From: Candidatus Nanoclepta minutus | GTDB lineage: Archaea; Nanobdellota; Nanobdellia; Nanobdellales; Nanobdellaceae | Direction of reading: 5' to 3' | NCBI GenBank assembly: GCA_003568775.1 | Contig: MWMI01000005.1 | Coordinates: forward strand, 7,516 to 39,515 | DNA: 32,000 nucleotides | Shown: positions 16,122 to 28,275 of the stretch, piece by piece | How positions within the stretch are numbered: the stretch's first letter is position 1 | Layout of the letters: each line of letters starts with the position of its first letter | The notes under the pieces: generated by a model | Database searches by the model: none | Seen by the model: the letters and a program-made list of their open reading frames with translations, nothing else | Told to the model about the DNA's origin: nothing | Made by a program: the position numbers and the translations under genes

Positions 16122-17206
16122 TCTATTTTAATTAATTCTGAAAGTTTTTTAAGAGTTCTTAACTTCCAATTATCTCCAACCTTAGCTTCTTTAATCGCAT
16201 TCTTCAATATTTCTGCTTCTTCCAACATTAAAGCCTTTTTTACATAATAGGGTTTTCCTGCTTTTGTTCCATGAGCAAACGTATAAATTATCGGATCCCT
16301 CCAAGATATCTCAGAACCGTAAATCAGGTTTGCTGTATATACTAAAGCTCTCAATAAGCCAGGTCCAAACCCCTTTAAGAATAATATATCTCTAAAGCTC
16401 TCAACAGCTTTATTTATTTCTAAGGCCTTCCAATAGATCTTTTTAGGTATCCTTAAATACTCTGGCAATTCCTGATAAAAAGTTAACTTATCTAATTCTT
16501 TACCAAAGTATTCTACAACACTCCTATTCTTAATGTTCTGTAACCTTATTATATATGTCTTCAATTCTTTTTCATTTTTTTCATTTAACATTTCAACAAC
16601 AGTTTTCCTAGTTTCATCCATTTCTTTAGTAGCTATATTTAATGTTAATCTTTTACTTCCAAATCCTACCTGCGGATCATTAAAATAATCGCTAGTGTTT
16701 ATCCAGTGAAACCTCCTAACTTTTCCTTCTTCTACAGACATCTTCTGATTAATTACAGTAAAGTTCCCCTTCTCATCAGCTAACATAAAGTGAAAGTATA
16801 GGCTATATCCATCTTGAACTAAATTGTTATCTACTTTTGCAGAAATTATAGAAGCTTCTTTAAATTTTTCCAAATGCTTTATTTCTTCATGTTTTTCCAA
16901 TTCCTTAGTTATCTTTGATTCCCTACCCTTACCTCCAAAAGCGTATAAACCTAAATTCTCCTCCCTCAATATCTCCCTCAAAGCCCTTAGGGGTACGGTA
17001 GTCATACCAGAATAGTTCCACTCGAATCCAACTAAACAAGCGTATGAGTTATACCATAGGGGATTTGAAAATCTCTTTATTATTTCTTCTGTCCCGAATT
17101 CGTATTCTAAAACCTTTATTATACTCCTAGTTAATTCTTTAATTTCTTTATAATGAGGGACAGGACCCTTCGCCAATCTTAATTCTACATCTCCAATCCT
17201 CTTCAT
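16118..17206 (-). CDS. DUF763-family protein (function unknown)
   Basis: The N-terminal pattern (G..EL.L..G.VP......L...I......G.EE...R.S.P.W......LVGFEW..SG.TTV) resembles DUF763 as I recall it. It has 4-nt overlaps with both neighbours. Confidence 0.5.
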   Translation of the reverse strand: MKRIGDVELRLAKGPVPHYKEIKELTRSIIKVLEYEFGTEEIIKRFSNPLWYNSYACLVGFEWNYSGMTTVPLRALREILREENLGLYAFGGKGRESKITKELEKHEEIKHLEKFKEASIISAKVDNNLVQDGYSLYFHFMLADEKGNFTVINQKMSVEEGKVRRFHWINTSDYFNDPQVGFGSKRLTLNIATKEMDETRKTVVEMLNEKNEKELKTYIIRLQNIKNRSVVEYFGKELDKLTFYQELPEYLRIPKKIYWKALEINKAVESFRDILFLKGFGPGLLRALVYTANLIYGSEISWRDPIIYTFAHGTKAGKPYYVKKALMLEEAEILKNAIKEAKVGDNWKLRTLKKLSELIKIE

Positions 17207-17607
17207 GATATAACCCTAAACCTCACTAGGCCATTTTCGTAATAAACCAACAAAACGTTATTATTTAGCTTAGAAAAGTCTATTTTTTCATAAACATCAC
17301 CTAAACCAAAATCATTAAATAAGATATTTCTAACGTTTTGATTATTAATAGTTGCATTTATTTTTATTATATAACAATCTATTCTATTGTTTATTTTTCC
17401 AAAATTCGACTGAGAATAACACCCATAGATAACTTTTGCTAGATCATAATCAGAAGTTATATTGTAAATCTGTAAACCACCCTGATTAACATTTATAGGC
17501 AATTCCACCTTCGATTTCTGATAGTAATAACTAATCAAAAATATAATTACAATCGTAACGAAGATTGCTATTACTATTCTAAAGAAAGTTTCTATAGCTA
17601 GCTCCAT
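17203..17607 (-). CDS. Pilin-like small protein (134 aa) with N-terminal hydrophobic helix
   Basis: MELA|IETFFRIVIAIFVTIVIIFLI resembles a class III (type IV pilin-like) signal. Shares the Cys-pair motif AKVIYGC..(14)..C-YIIKI with three neighbours. Confidence 0.45.
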   Translation of the reverse strand: MELAIETFFRIVIAIFVTIVIIFLISYYYQKSKVELPINVNQGGLQIYNITSDYDLAKVIYGCYSQSNFGKINNRIDCYIIKINATINNQNVRNILFNDFGLGDVYEKIDFSKLNNNVLLVYYENGLVRFRVIS

Positions 17608-17619
17608 TATATAATATTC

Positions 17620-18111
17620 CTACCAAACAATTATATGGCTACCATTATAAGCTACTATCAAAACCTTTGTTTTATTGACTGGACAAAGATCTGTATTACA
17701 CGCCCTTATCACAACTAGATCTAATGGAACATCAGAATACTTTTTAACATACTCCTTAACTCTCGTAAAATTTAGGTGTAAAGAATAGGTTGATTCGTTA
17801 GCTATTTCTATAGAAAAACACGATATATTATTCTTTATTCCCCCTCTATTCGTCCTTACCCAACACCTAGCTATATAAATAGATATCGCCTCTTCTGTAC
17901 TCTCCAAACTATAATTCAAATATGCTTTCTCTAGAGAACTAATATACCTTTTGCATTCATCAGGTATATTTATAAAATATGCTCTATACATGTTATAACA
18001 ATATAGCTTTTCGTTCTGCATCAACATCCAATTATATATTCCCAAAGCTGATAGAAAAACAAAGATACTTATAATAATAGCAAACAAAATGTTTATTGCT
18101 ATTCCCTTCAT
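17620..18111 (-). CDS. Pilin-like small protein (163 aa) with class III-like signal peptide
   Basis: MKG|IAINILFAIIISIFVFLSAL has K-G followed by a hydrophobic helix. Cys-pair motif IYIARC..(14)..C-FSIEI. Confidence 0.5.
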   Translation of the reverse strand: MKGIAINILFAIIISIFVFLSALGIYNWMLMQNEKLYCYNMYRAYFINIPDECKRYISSLEKAYLNYSLESTEEAISIYIARCWVRTNRGGIKNNISCFSIEIANESTYSLHLNFTRVKEYVKKYSDVPLDLVVIRACNTDLCPVNKTKVLIVAYNGSHIIVW

Positions 18112-20153
18112 TATAGATACATAAATATTGACGAAAATAAGCTTTCAATCAATAATAATCCAAATACATAGATAACTGTTAAAATCATTATACTGATTAA
18201 AACTGCTTTACCTATCTCATAATCTCTTACTATTTTGTTAAATCCTGATACTAATCCAGAAAGGAAAAAGGAAGATATGATTAATAACTCTATCAAATAT
18301 ATACCAACTGGAATTATAAATATCGTTGGAGGTATCGTAGCATTTATATCTATTAATTGTTGAGTAAAGAAATCGAAAAAGTTATATGTATAAGGACTAA
18401 AAGAAAATAGATTCTTTATTTGTTCACCCATAAAGACTATAGCTGAAAATAAAAATTTTTGAGATATCATAACTATTCCCCCCAAAATTGGAACAAGGAT
18501 GTATGAGACCACTTTTATAGTAGAGACTGGATCTGAAAGCTCTATATTTAACTCTTCCTTTAAAGATAGTAGAGAATCTATTTGCATATATATTCTTTCT
18601 ACTACAAAGCTCAGCGAAGAGACACTCTTTTCTGCAGATGATACTATGAAATTCATTGTCTCCCTTAGTAATAAAGAAGGATAATCCCTTATTGAACCAA
18701 ACTTTTCATTAAATATAGCATCTCTTATAGTTGTCTTAAACCTATAAATATTATTGATAGTCTTTTCCAAAAATTCAGCTAAATACCCCTTTGGATTTAT
18801 AGATTTATAGTCTCCTGTTATATCAAATAAACTTTTTTCTAATGGAACCCCAGAATAACTGCTGTTTTCTATCATACTTATTAACATTGGCAATTCCTTT
18901 TCTATTCTTTCTATTTTCCTTATTATTCCTATCTTTCTAAAGGATCTTAGATAGAAATACAAACCAACGAATATTCCTATACCAAATATCATAAGATATG
19001 TTATCATCATATTCCCAAAGTTTGATTCTTGTTTCACCAACGAAAGCAGAATATCTGAGTATTGATAAAACAAATAATAATTATAAATTACATTCGAAAT
19101 GTGAAGTATTGAAGGTAATGAAATAAAGAGGGCTAATAAGAAAGCTAAAGGAAATATCGGTATCTTTAGACCTCCTATGCCTATACTCTTATTTTCTTCC
19201 ATTTTTATCGTTGAATAGGGAGAAGAGATAGAAAACGGTACCTCACTTATTATATCACTTATAATTAAGAAGGATATTATAGGTAGCAGGACATCATAAA
19301 CATAAAATATTAAAGTAAACTTTGCACTTTCTGGTAAGAATATTGAAATTATTGGTAATAAAGTCATTCCTATTATTGGTAAAAGTATTAGAAAAGTTGA
19401 AACAATTATTACCTTTGGTTTTAAAAATGAAACATACTCCTTTAATCTTCTTTCAGCCAATCTATAGTACCATCCTTGTATTTTATCTAAATACGAATAA
19501 ATCCTATCCATACTCTGAATATGCTTTACATTGAGCAATAGAGACATTAAATATACAAAATCTGGGTACCACTCCTTCCATCTAGCAGAATAATGATAAA
19601 TTGCTTCTTCTAGGGAAGAAAATCTTTTTGTTTCTAGATCATAGAGAATATCAAAAAAATCCGATGAAATGTAACCATCTAAATTTAGAACAGTAAATAA
19701 CATAGCATTCTCCAAATTGGGATTCTCTCTCAAATATATAGTTAAGTATGCTAATACCCAAACGCTTTCAGAAATAACGGTAATCTTAACGATCTTCTTA
19801 TAAAGAAATGGATAAGCTAATAGATAAATAGATAGGGTTAATCCAGTTATAAATAAACCATAAAATATTTCCAAACCCGCACCTGAGTTTGTAATTGATA
19901 AAGCATAATAAAAAGAAATTGAAAATATTAAAGAGATCAAAAACAAATTTATCCCTGCACTAAATATATCTTTTGGCTTTAGTAGATATTTGTTATAAAA
20001 TATAAGATAATTATACTTATCTTTTAAAAACCTTGGAGGATTAATCCTTATTAATATTTTGGAAAAAATATTAACTATCCTTTCATAATTAGTTAAAGGC
20101 TTTTTTCTTTCTCTTAATACGAATAATTTGTTTATTTGGGTACTGTAATACAT
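18111..20153 (-). CDS. Polytopic membrane protein with FlaJ/TadC/PilC-like (T2SS-F) architecture
   Basis: Two soluble helical segments of roughly 100-130 aa (..ENPNLENAMLF...SLEEAIYHY.. and ..ELPMLISMIENSSYSGVPLEKSLFDI..) each sit between TM bundles. This twofold organisation matches pilus/archaellum platform proteins. Inference from architecture only. Confidence 0.45.
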   Translation of the reverse strand: MYYSTQINKLFVLRERKKPLTNYERIVNIFSKILIRINPPRFLKDKYNYLIFYNKYLLKPKDIFSAGINLFLISLIFSISFYYALSITNSGAGLEIFYGLFITGLTLSIYLLAYPFLYKKIVKITVISESVWVLAYLTIYLRENPNLENAMLFTVLNLDGYISSDFFDILYDLETKRFSSLEEAIYHYSARWKEWYPDFVYLMSLLLNVKHIQSMDRIYSYLDKIQGWYYRLAERRLKEYVSFLKPKVIIVSTFLILLPIIGMTLLPIISIFLPESAKFTLIFYVYDVLLPIISFLIISDIISEVPFSISSPYSTIKMEENKSIGIGGLKIPIFPLAFLLALFISLPSILHISNVIYNYYLFYQYSDILLSLVKQESNFGNMMITYLMIFGIGIFVGLYFYLRSFRKIGIIRKIERIEKELPMLISMIENSSYSGVPLEKSLFDITGDYKSINPKGYLAEFLEKTINNIYRFKTTIRDAIFNEKFGSIRDYPSLLLRETMNFIVSSAEKSVSSLSFVVERIYMQIDSLLSLKEELNIELSDPVSTIKVVSYILVPILGGIVMISQKFLFSAIVFMGEQIKNLFSFSPYTYNFFDFFTQQLIDINATIPPTIFIIPVGIYLIELLIISSFFLSGLVSGFNKIVRDYEIGKAVLISIMILTVIYVFGLLLIESLFSSIFMYL

Positions 20154-20407
20154 TTTCCATCAATGTAAATTATATCATAATATCCTGGCTTTTTTCCATC
20201 GCATTCCTCTATCAAAAGTACATTAGTAAAGTTTTTTATATAATTTACACATCTGGAGATCAATTCGTTAAAATCCTTACATGAAAACTCGTTTGTTTTT
20301 GGAACATAACGTAAATATAAATAAATAGAAAAGAGAAGTACTATTAGAAAAAGTACTAAATAAAAAAGAAAGGAGATTTCCATTAAGAAAAAGCTAAAAT
20401 TGCGCAT
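20132..20407 (-). CDS. Small membrane-anchored protein (91 aa), paralogous to the pilin-like proteins
   Basis: N-terminal helix FFLMEISFLFYLVLFLIVLLF. Cys-pair motif ELISRC..(14)..C-DG. Overlaps both neighbours. Confidence 0.4.
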   Translation of the reverse strand: MRNFSFFLMEISFLFYLVLFLIVLLFSIYLYLRYVPKTNEFSCKDFNELISRCVNYIKNFTNVLLIEECDGKKPGYYDIIYIDGKCITVPK

Positions 20408-21174
20408 AGAGGAACAGCTTCTGGAACTCTATCAATATCTTTCCCATACAGAGAAGCTATACTTGATTGTATATCATCCCTTATATAGGTCTTATTTATA
20501 TATAGATAACCTTTACTTCCGTCATATAATATTCCAAAGGAATAGCTGTTATAGGTATGATTAAGCAATGGAAATATCCTTCTTCCTATATCTCTAAGAA
20601 CAGAATTAACTATTTCATCTGTAGCACAGTTTGGTCCTATAAATATATATCCTTTTTCACCCTCTCTCTTACTCTTATAACTTTCAAAATCAAGTACAGT
20701 ATTCTTAAACTGCTCTGTATCATCCATATCTAGATATCTAGAATCACCTCCTTTAGTATAATAACCAAAAGTCTTCAAAGTAGCTTCTTCTGGAGTCAAT
20801 CCTGCACTATATATATAATATCTACATAGCTCTAACATACATCTATCTCCAAGTATATTATCTACTAATGACCAACAGAATAAAGAGCTTTCACAAACCA
20901 TCAAATTACCCTTTCTCGAATATGCGACACTAGAATACCTCCCATCGTTGTTCATATCAACTGTAAATATCGAAGTACAATATGCTATTATATTAGATAC
21001 TGCGTAGTTCTCGCAGGATCTAATTGCTTCTTCTAATGATACTTGCTTTCCAAATTTCTCAACAGAAGATGTTCCCCTAAGAAACATCTGCAATACTACT
21101 ACAGCTACTATAATAAACACGATTAGAGCAAACATTAGAAAAATAGTTTGTTCTATACTTCTCTTTCCTCTCAT
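20383..21174 (-). CDS. Pilin-like protein (263 aa), Cys-rich, with class III-like signal peptide
   Basis: MRGKRS|IEQTIFLMFALIVFIIVAVVVL has basic residues, a small residue, then IE.. and a hydrophobic helix. Cys-pair motif EEAIRSC..(12)..C-TSIFTV. Confidence 0.5.
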   Translation of the reverse strand: MRGKRSIEQTIFLMFALIVFIIVAVVVLQMFLRGTSSVEKFGKQVSLEEAIRSCENYAVSNIIAYCTSIFTVDMNNDGRYSSVAYSRKGNLMVCESSLFCWSLVDNILGDRCMLELCRYYIYSAGLTPEEATLKTFGYYTKGGDSRYLDMDDTEQFKNTVLDFESYKSKREGEKGYIFIGPNCATDEIVNSVLRDIGRRIFPLLNHTYNSYSFGILYDGSKGYLYINKTYIRDDIQSSIASLYGKDIDRVPEAVPLCAILAFS

Positions 21175-21192
21175 AATTATTTTATGTATTCG

Positions 21193-21204
21193 ATATATTT
21201 TAAA
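21193..21204 (-). promoter_or_regulatory. TATA-like box upstream of the pilin-like cluster
   Basis: The minus strand reads TTTAAAATATAT followed by 18 nt and then the ATG at 21174. The spacing fits a leaderless transcript. Confidence 0.35.
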
Positions 21205-21515
21205 GATGTTTCAAATACTCTAGAGATTTATTACTTTCTGATAGTTCTTTCTTTGATATATGAAAATCTGTAGCAACAAAATTACTCTTTTGTCAAAATC
21301 TATATTGAACCTGAGCTTCTTTTTCTTATTTCCTATAAAGATAGTAATTTCTAGATAGTTTGAATCATAAAACCTTATAAATATTTCTAAATTGCTTTAT
21401 CCCTTAACCTTATCTCTGTTCTTTCCCTATCCACTGATATATTATACTTTTCTAAGTTTCTTAAGCAAAAGAGTAAAGACTAGAAGATACTATATTCCTT
21501 ACTAATATTTTTCTA

Positions 21516-21762
21516 TTCAAAAACAACCTTGAAAAATAACGATATTACTTCATAATGCAATAAACTTATTCCCAGAGACCTTACAGCCTCTCCTTTTATT
21601 TTACTGGAAAAGTAAACTAAAAAACCATCATACTTATAGACATCTGCTTCTTCGAGCTTTTTTCCTTTCGGATGGACTATTAAAAATCTTCCATTTGGTA
21701 CATTAAAGTTTACTTTTCCTTTACAACTCTTATAGATAATCTAGACTAACAAGAGAACGCAT
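21516..21762 (-). pseudogene. Possible frameshifted or decayed small ORF
   Basis: A 75-codon stop-free frame (21740-21516: IIYKSCKGKVNFNVPNGRFLIVHPKGKKLEEADVYKYDGFLVYFSSKIKGEAVRSLGISLLHYEVISLFFKVVFE) has no start codon. An ATG at 21762 (MRSLVSLDYL*) lies one frame away, with TATA-like sequence upstream. Confidence 0.25.
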
Positions 21763-22270
21763 TTTCTTTAAAACCAGTATAAGTTTATCCCTCTAATTTT
21801 ATAGGGTAATATAAAATTTTTATAATAACTGCAGATTGAGATACTTTACACCCCTTATCAACATTATCATTTTAAACCATTTTTAACCAAAATCTTTACA
21901 AGTTAAGGAATATTACAAATATAAAAGAAATTGTTCAGATATGTAAGGAATTGAACATAAAATTAAACATAATAAAAAGAAAAAATATAGATATACACTA
22001 TGAAAATATATCTAAAAGTATAATATTGGCATCTATGAATCCTTTGATACATCTCTAGCCAATAACAGAGATAAAAAGTTTTTATTCTTTGAAAAAATGG
22101 AGATAATTCACTGTATATGTTAATCCAAAAAATTAATATATTTTTATTCAGAGCAGAAGACTATAGAATGCTATCTATAAGAAAGTTCGAAATAAAGAGA
22201 TGATAAAGATACTTATAAAAATGCCTGAGATCTATAACATAGTTTCCAGCGTTGTTATATCCTTAACTTC

Positions 22271-23002
22271 TTATTTCTTATGATAAACTTTATTTAAAAA
22301 TTCTATTAGACTTCCTAACTTTTCATTTCTAACCTCCCTATTTGTTAAAAACGGCCAAAAAATAGAATCTATGTGTAGAGGAGGTACATTAGATTTAATA
22401 GAAACTTCCCTCCAAAATTCCAAGAAATTCTTATTAGTGAACCTCCTAGTAAACTTTATCATCCTATTATCTAAAGGGATATCTATCTCAAACGGATAAG
22501 CTATAAACTTATTAAAGATTATCCTACATGAATAACCAAACATTTTTACAGAAAAAACAACTGTTTTATAATATTTTTTAACTCCCAAACTTTTATCCAA
22601 ATCTGCTTTTAGTTTTAACATATCATTATAATATTCGTATATTCTATCCAAACTTAGGTTTTTTATAAAGTTTCTTACCTTTATCATTCTATCTATTTTT
22701 CTATTAATAAACCGCCTATTTGTTCTGGATTTCTTAAGAAATTCTATATAATCGTTTAAGACATCTTTGGGTTTATTATTAGAAAAGTATTCGGAAAACT
22801 CTCTCCACCATTCTTCAGCTCTAGAAGACAGTTGATAACTAGATAAAGAGTTTAAAATAACTAACCTAACAAGGTTCTCTTCATCCCCAATTTTTTCATA
22901 GAGTTTCTTTATATAGTAATACTGAAGGTCTATATTCTCTTCTATATATCTAGCTCCCTCTATACCAACTTCTTTGATTACTTCGATTAACCTTTCCTTC
23001 AA
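22271..23002 (-). CDS. Archaeal 8-oxoguanine DNA glycosylase/lyase (AGOG family)
   Basis: GIEGARYIEENID, NSLSSYQL, TVVFSVKMFGY and VPPLHIDSIFWP match the AGOG sequences I recall from Pyrococcus and Pyrobaculum. Confidence 0.8.
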   Translation of the reverse strand: MKERLIEVIKEVGIEGARYIEENIDLQYYYIKKLYEKIGDEENLVRLVILNSLSSYQLSSRAEEWWREFSEYFSNNKPKDVLNDYIEFLKKSRTNRRFINRKIDRMIKVRNFIKNLSLDRIYEYYNDMLKLKADLDKSLGVKKYYKTVVFSVKMFGYSCRIIFNKFIAYPFEIDIPLDNRMIKFTRRFTNKNFLEFWREVSIKSNVPPLHIDSIFWPFLTNREVRNEKLGSLIEFLNKVYHKK

Positions 23003-24333
23003 GGTAATAACCTATTTGGATCCCTAGGCAATAATACAACTTCTCTTATGTTTTCTATCTCCAACAACTGCCTGATAAACCTTTCAATACCAAATCCGAA
23101 CCCTCCCATAGTTGGGGAGCCATATTTAAAGAAATCTAAGAAGAATCTAAGGTTTTCTTCATTTAAACCTTTCTCTCTAACCTGTTTTAAAAGAACTGAA
23201 TATCTATGTTCCCTCTGAGCTCCCGTAACTATTTCTAATCCCTTAAATATTAAGTCAAAACTCCTAGTAGTTTCTCTACCATCCTTCATTGGCTCGCCCT
23301 TCATATGATAGAATGGCCTAGCAGTCCATGGCCAATCTATTAAAAAGAAGAAATCCTCTCCATAAGTATTTTTTACGTATTCTCCGAGAATTCTTTCACC
23401 TTTAGGAGTAATATCTCCATTAGGTTTTATTTCATCTTTTCCAATTATCTCATATGCCTCCTCCATTTTTATTTTAGGTATCTTACTAGGAACGTTTATT
23501 TCGACATTGTAATATTTCTTTATATCATCTTCCCTCTCTTCCTTTATCCTTTTCATAGTATACTTAATTAGATCTTCTAACAAATCCATCACATCATGAT
23601 GTGAGGTAATATATCCTATTTCTACATCCATTGAAACGAACTCTGTTATATGCCTAGTTGTAAAGGAAGGCTCAGCCCTATAAGCATGTGCTATCTCAAA
23701 GACTTTCTCAAAACCAGCAACTATTGCCATTTGCTTATAGAATTGCGGGGACTGCGCCAAATAAGCTTTTCTATTAAAGTAGTTTATTTCAAAAACTTCT
23801 GCACCACCTTCCGATGGAGCACCCAATATCTTTGAAGTAAATATCTCAACGAATCCATTGCTATAAAAGTATTCCCTACAGTATCTCACAAAATCTGATG
23901 TTAGAATTATTGGAAATGAATTCCTATCATTCCTAAGGTCTATCCATCTATAATCCAACCTTTTTTCCAAAGAAGATGTTGGATCTATTGGCAGAGGTTG
24001 TGCTATTTCTCCTATAACATACAACTCCTTTACTAAAACCTCCTTCCACTTTCTCGCTATACCTTTAATATATTCTCCCCTTACAACTAAAAAAGTATGA
24101 TTTGATAGCTCATCTATAAATGATAGATCACCGATTACATCTTCCCTCAAAGTTAACTGAACTTCTCCATATCTATCCTTTAATATAATAAAGGATACTT
24201 TACCCATCTTCTTTATATTCTCTATCCATCCTGCCAAAATAACTTCTTTATTGTATTCGAGCTTTTCAAGATCGGAAGTCCTAATCCTATTCTTTAAAAG
24301 CTCGTTAGCACGTTCTTCGTTAAATAACTCCAT
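22999..24333 (-). CDS. aspS: Aspartyl-tRNA synthetase, archaeal type (class IIb)
   Basis: N-terminal OB-fold region, QSPQFYKQ, motif 2 AYRAE....TRHITEF, motif 3 GGFGFGIERF. About 444 aa. Confidence 0.85.
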   Translation of the reverse strand: MELFNEERANELLKNRIRTSDLEKLEYNKEVILAGWIENIKKMGKVSFIILKDRYGEVQLTLREDVIGDLSFIDELSNHTFLVVRGEYIKGIARKWKEVLVKELYVIGEIAQPLPIDPTSSLEKRLDYRWIDLRNDRNSFPIILTSDFVRYCREYFYSNGFVEIFTSKILGAPSEGGAEVFEINYFNRKAYLAQSPQFYKQMAIVAGFEKVFEIAHAYRAEPSFTTRHITEFVSMDVEIGYITSHHDVMDLLEDLIKYTMKRIKEEREDDIKKYYNVEINVPSKIPKIKMEEAYEIIGKDEIKPNGDITPKGERILGEYVKNTYGEDFFFLIDWPWTARPFYHMKGEPMKDGRETTRSFDLIFKGLEIVTGAQREHRYSVLLKQVREKGLNEENLRFFLDFFKYGSPTMGGFGFGIERFIRQLLEIENIREVVLLPRDPNRLLP

Positions 24334-24367
24334 TCTCTTTATTAAAGTAAAATAAAAAATAAAAAAA

Positions 24368-27603
<3,236 letters not shown>

Positions 27604-27607
<4 letters not shown>

Positions 27608-28275
27608 TGAAGAACCCGGAAACAGATTTTTTAGTAATAAACGATCTAAAATTATACTATAGAATCGGAAATATTGAGTGTTACCCACCAGGAGAGGATT
27701 CCCTTTTATTAAACAAGCACATAAAATACTACTGTAAGGATAAAAAGGTTTTAGATATGGGTTGTGGAACGGGGATACAGGGATTAGAAGCATATAAATA
27801 TACTAAAAACGTAACCTTCTCCGATATAGATGGAGATTGTTTGAAGATTTCTAAAATAAACTTTTATATAAACTATATTAAGAATTTTAACCCGTATGAA
27901 CTATTGGATATAATAGATAAGATTAAATTTCCTGTAGATTTTATCTTATCAGACCTATTTAGTAAAATAAACGAAAAATTCGATGTAATACTCTTCAATC
28001 CTCCATATTTACCTGGATATGAGGAGGATGAAAGATTGGATAGATGGGTATGTGGTAGAGAGGATGGTAGAGAAATTATTGATAAATTTTTAAACGATTT
28101 AAAATATCACTTAAATAAAAATGGTATAGCTTTATTAGTTATATCTTCTTACAACAAGCCAAAGGAGTTAATAAAGGATTATTCTAAATTATATAAAATA
28201 GAAATAATTGATAAAGCTTCCTTCTATTTTGAAGAAATATTTTTATTAAAAATAAAGCCTATCTCTTATATTTAG
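27604..28275 (+). CDS. SAM-dependent methyltransferase, HemK/Mtq2-like (N5-glutamine MTase family)
   Basis: Motif I VLDMGCGTG and catalytic NPPY (LFNPPYLP). ATGA overlap with the DUF123 gene. Confidence 0.7.

Noticed and set aside
21985-22015. Inverted repeat tatagatata ... tatatcta (possible hairpin)
   Set aside because: It is an 8-9 bp A/T-only palindrome, which is expected by chance in this composition and would be unstable in a thermophile.
21175-22270. Replication origin with ORB/mini-ORB elements
   Set aside because: I looked for repeated TCCA..GGAAA-type boxes and flanking inverted repeats. Only isolated weak matches turned up (for example ttccatttggta and gtttccagcg). No orc1/cdc6 gene is adjacent. 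The idea is kept only as one hypothesis in the gap finding.
21175-22270. A structured ncRNA (RNase P RNA, SRP RNA or similar) hidden in the long gap
   Set aside because: The confirmed tRNAs form obvious GC-rich islands, but this interval is uniformly AT-rich with no GC-rich helices.
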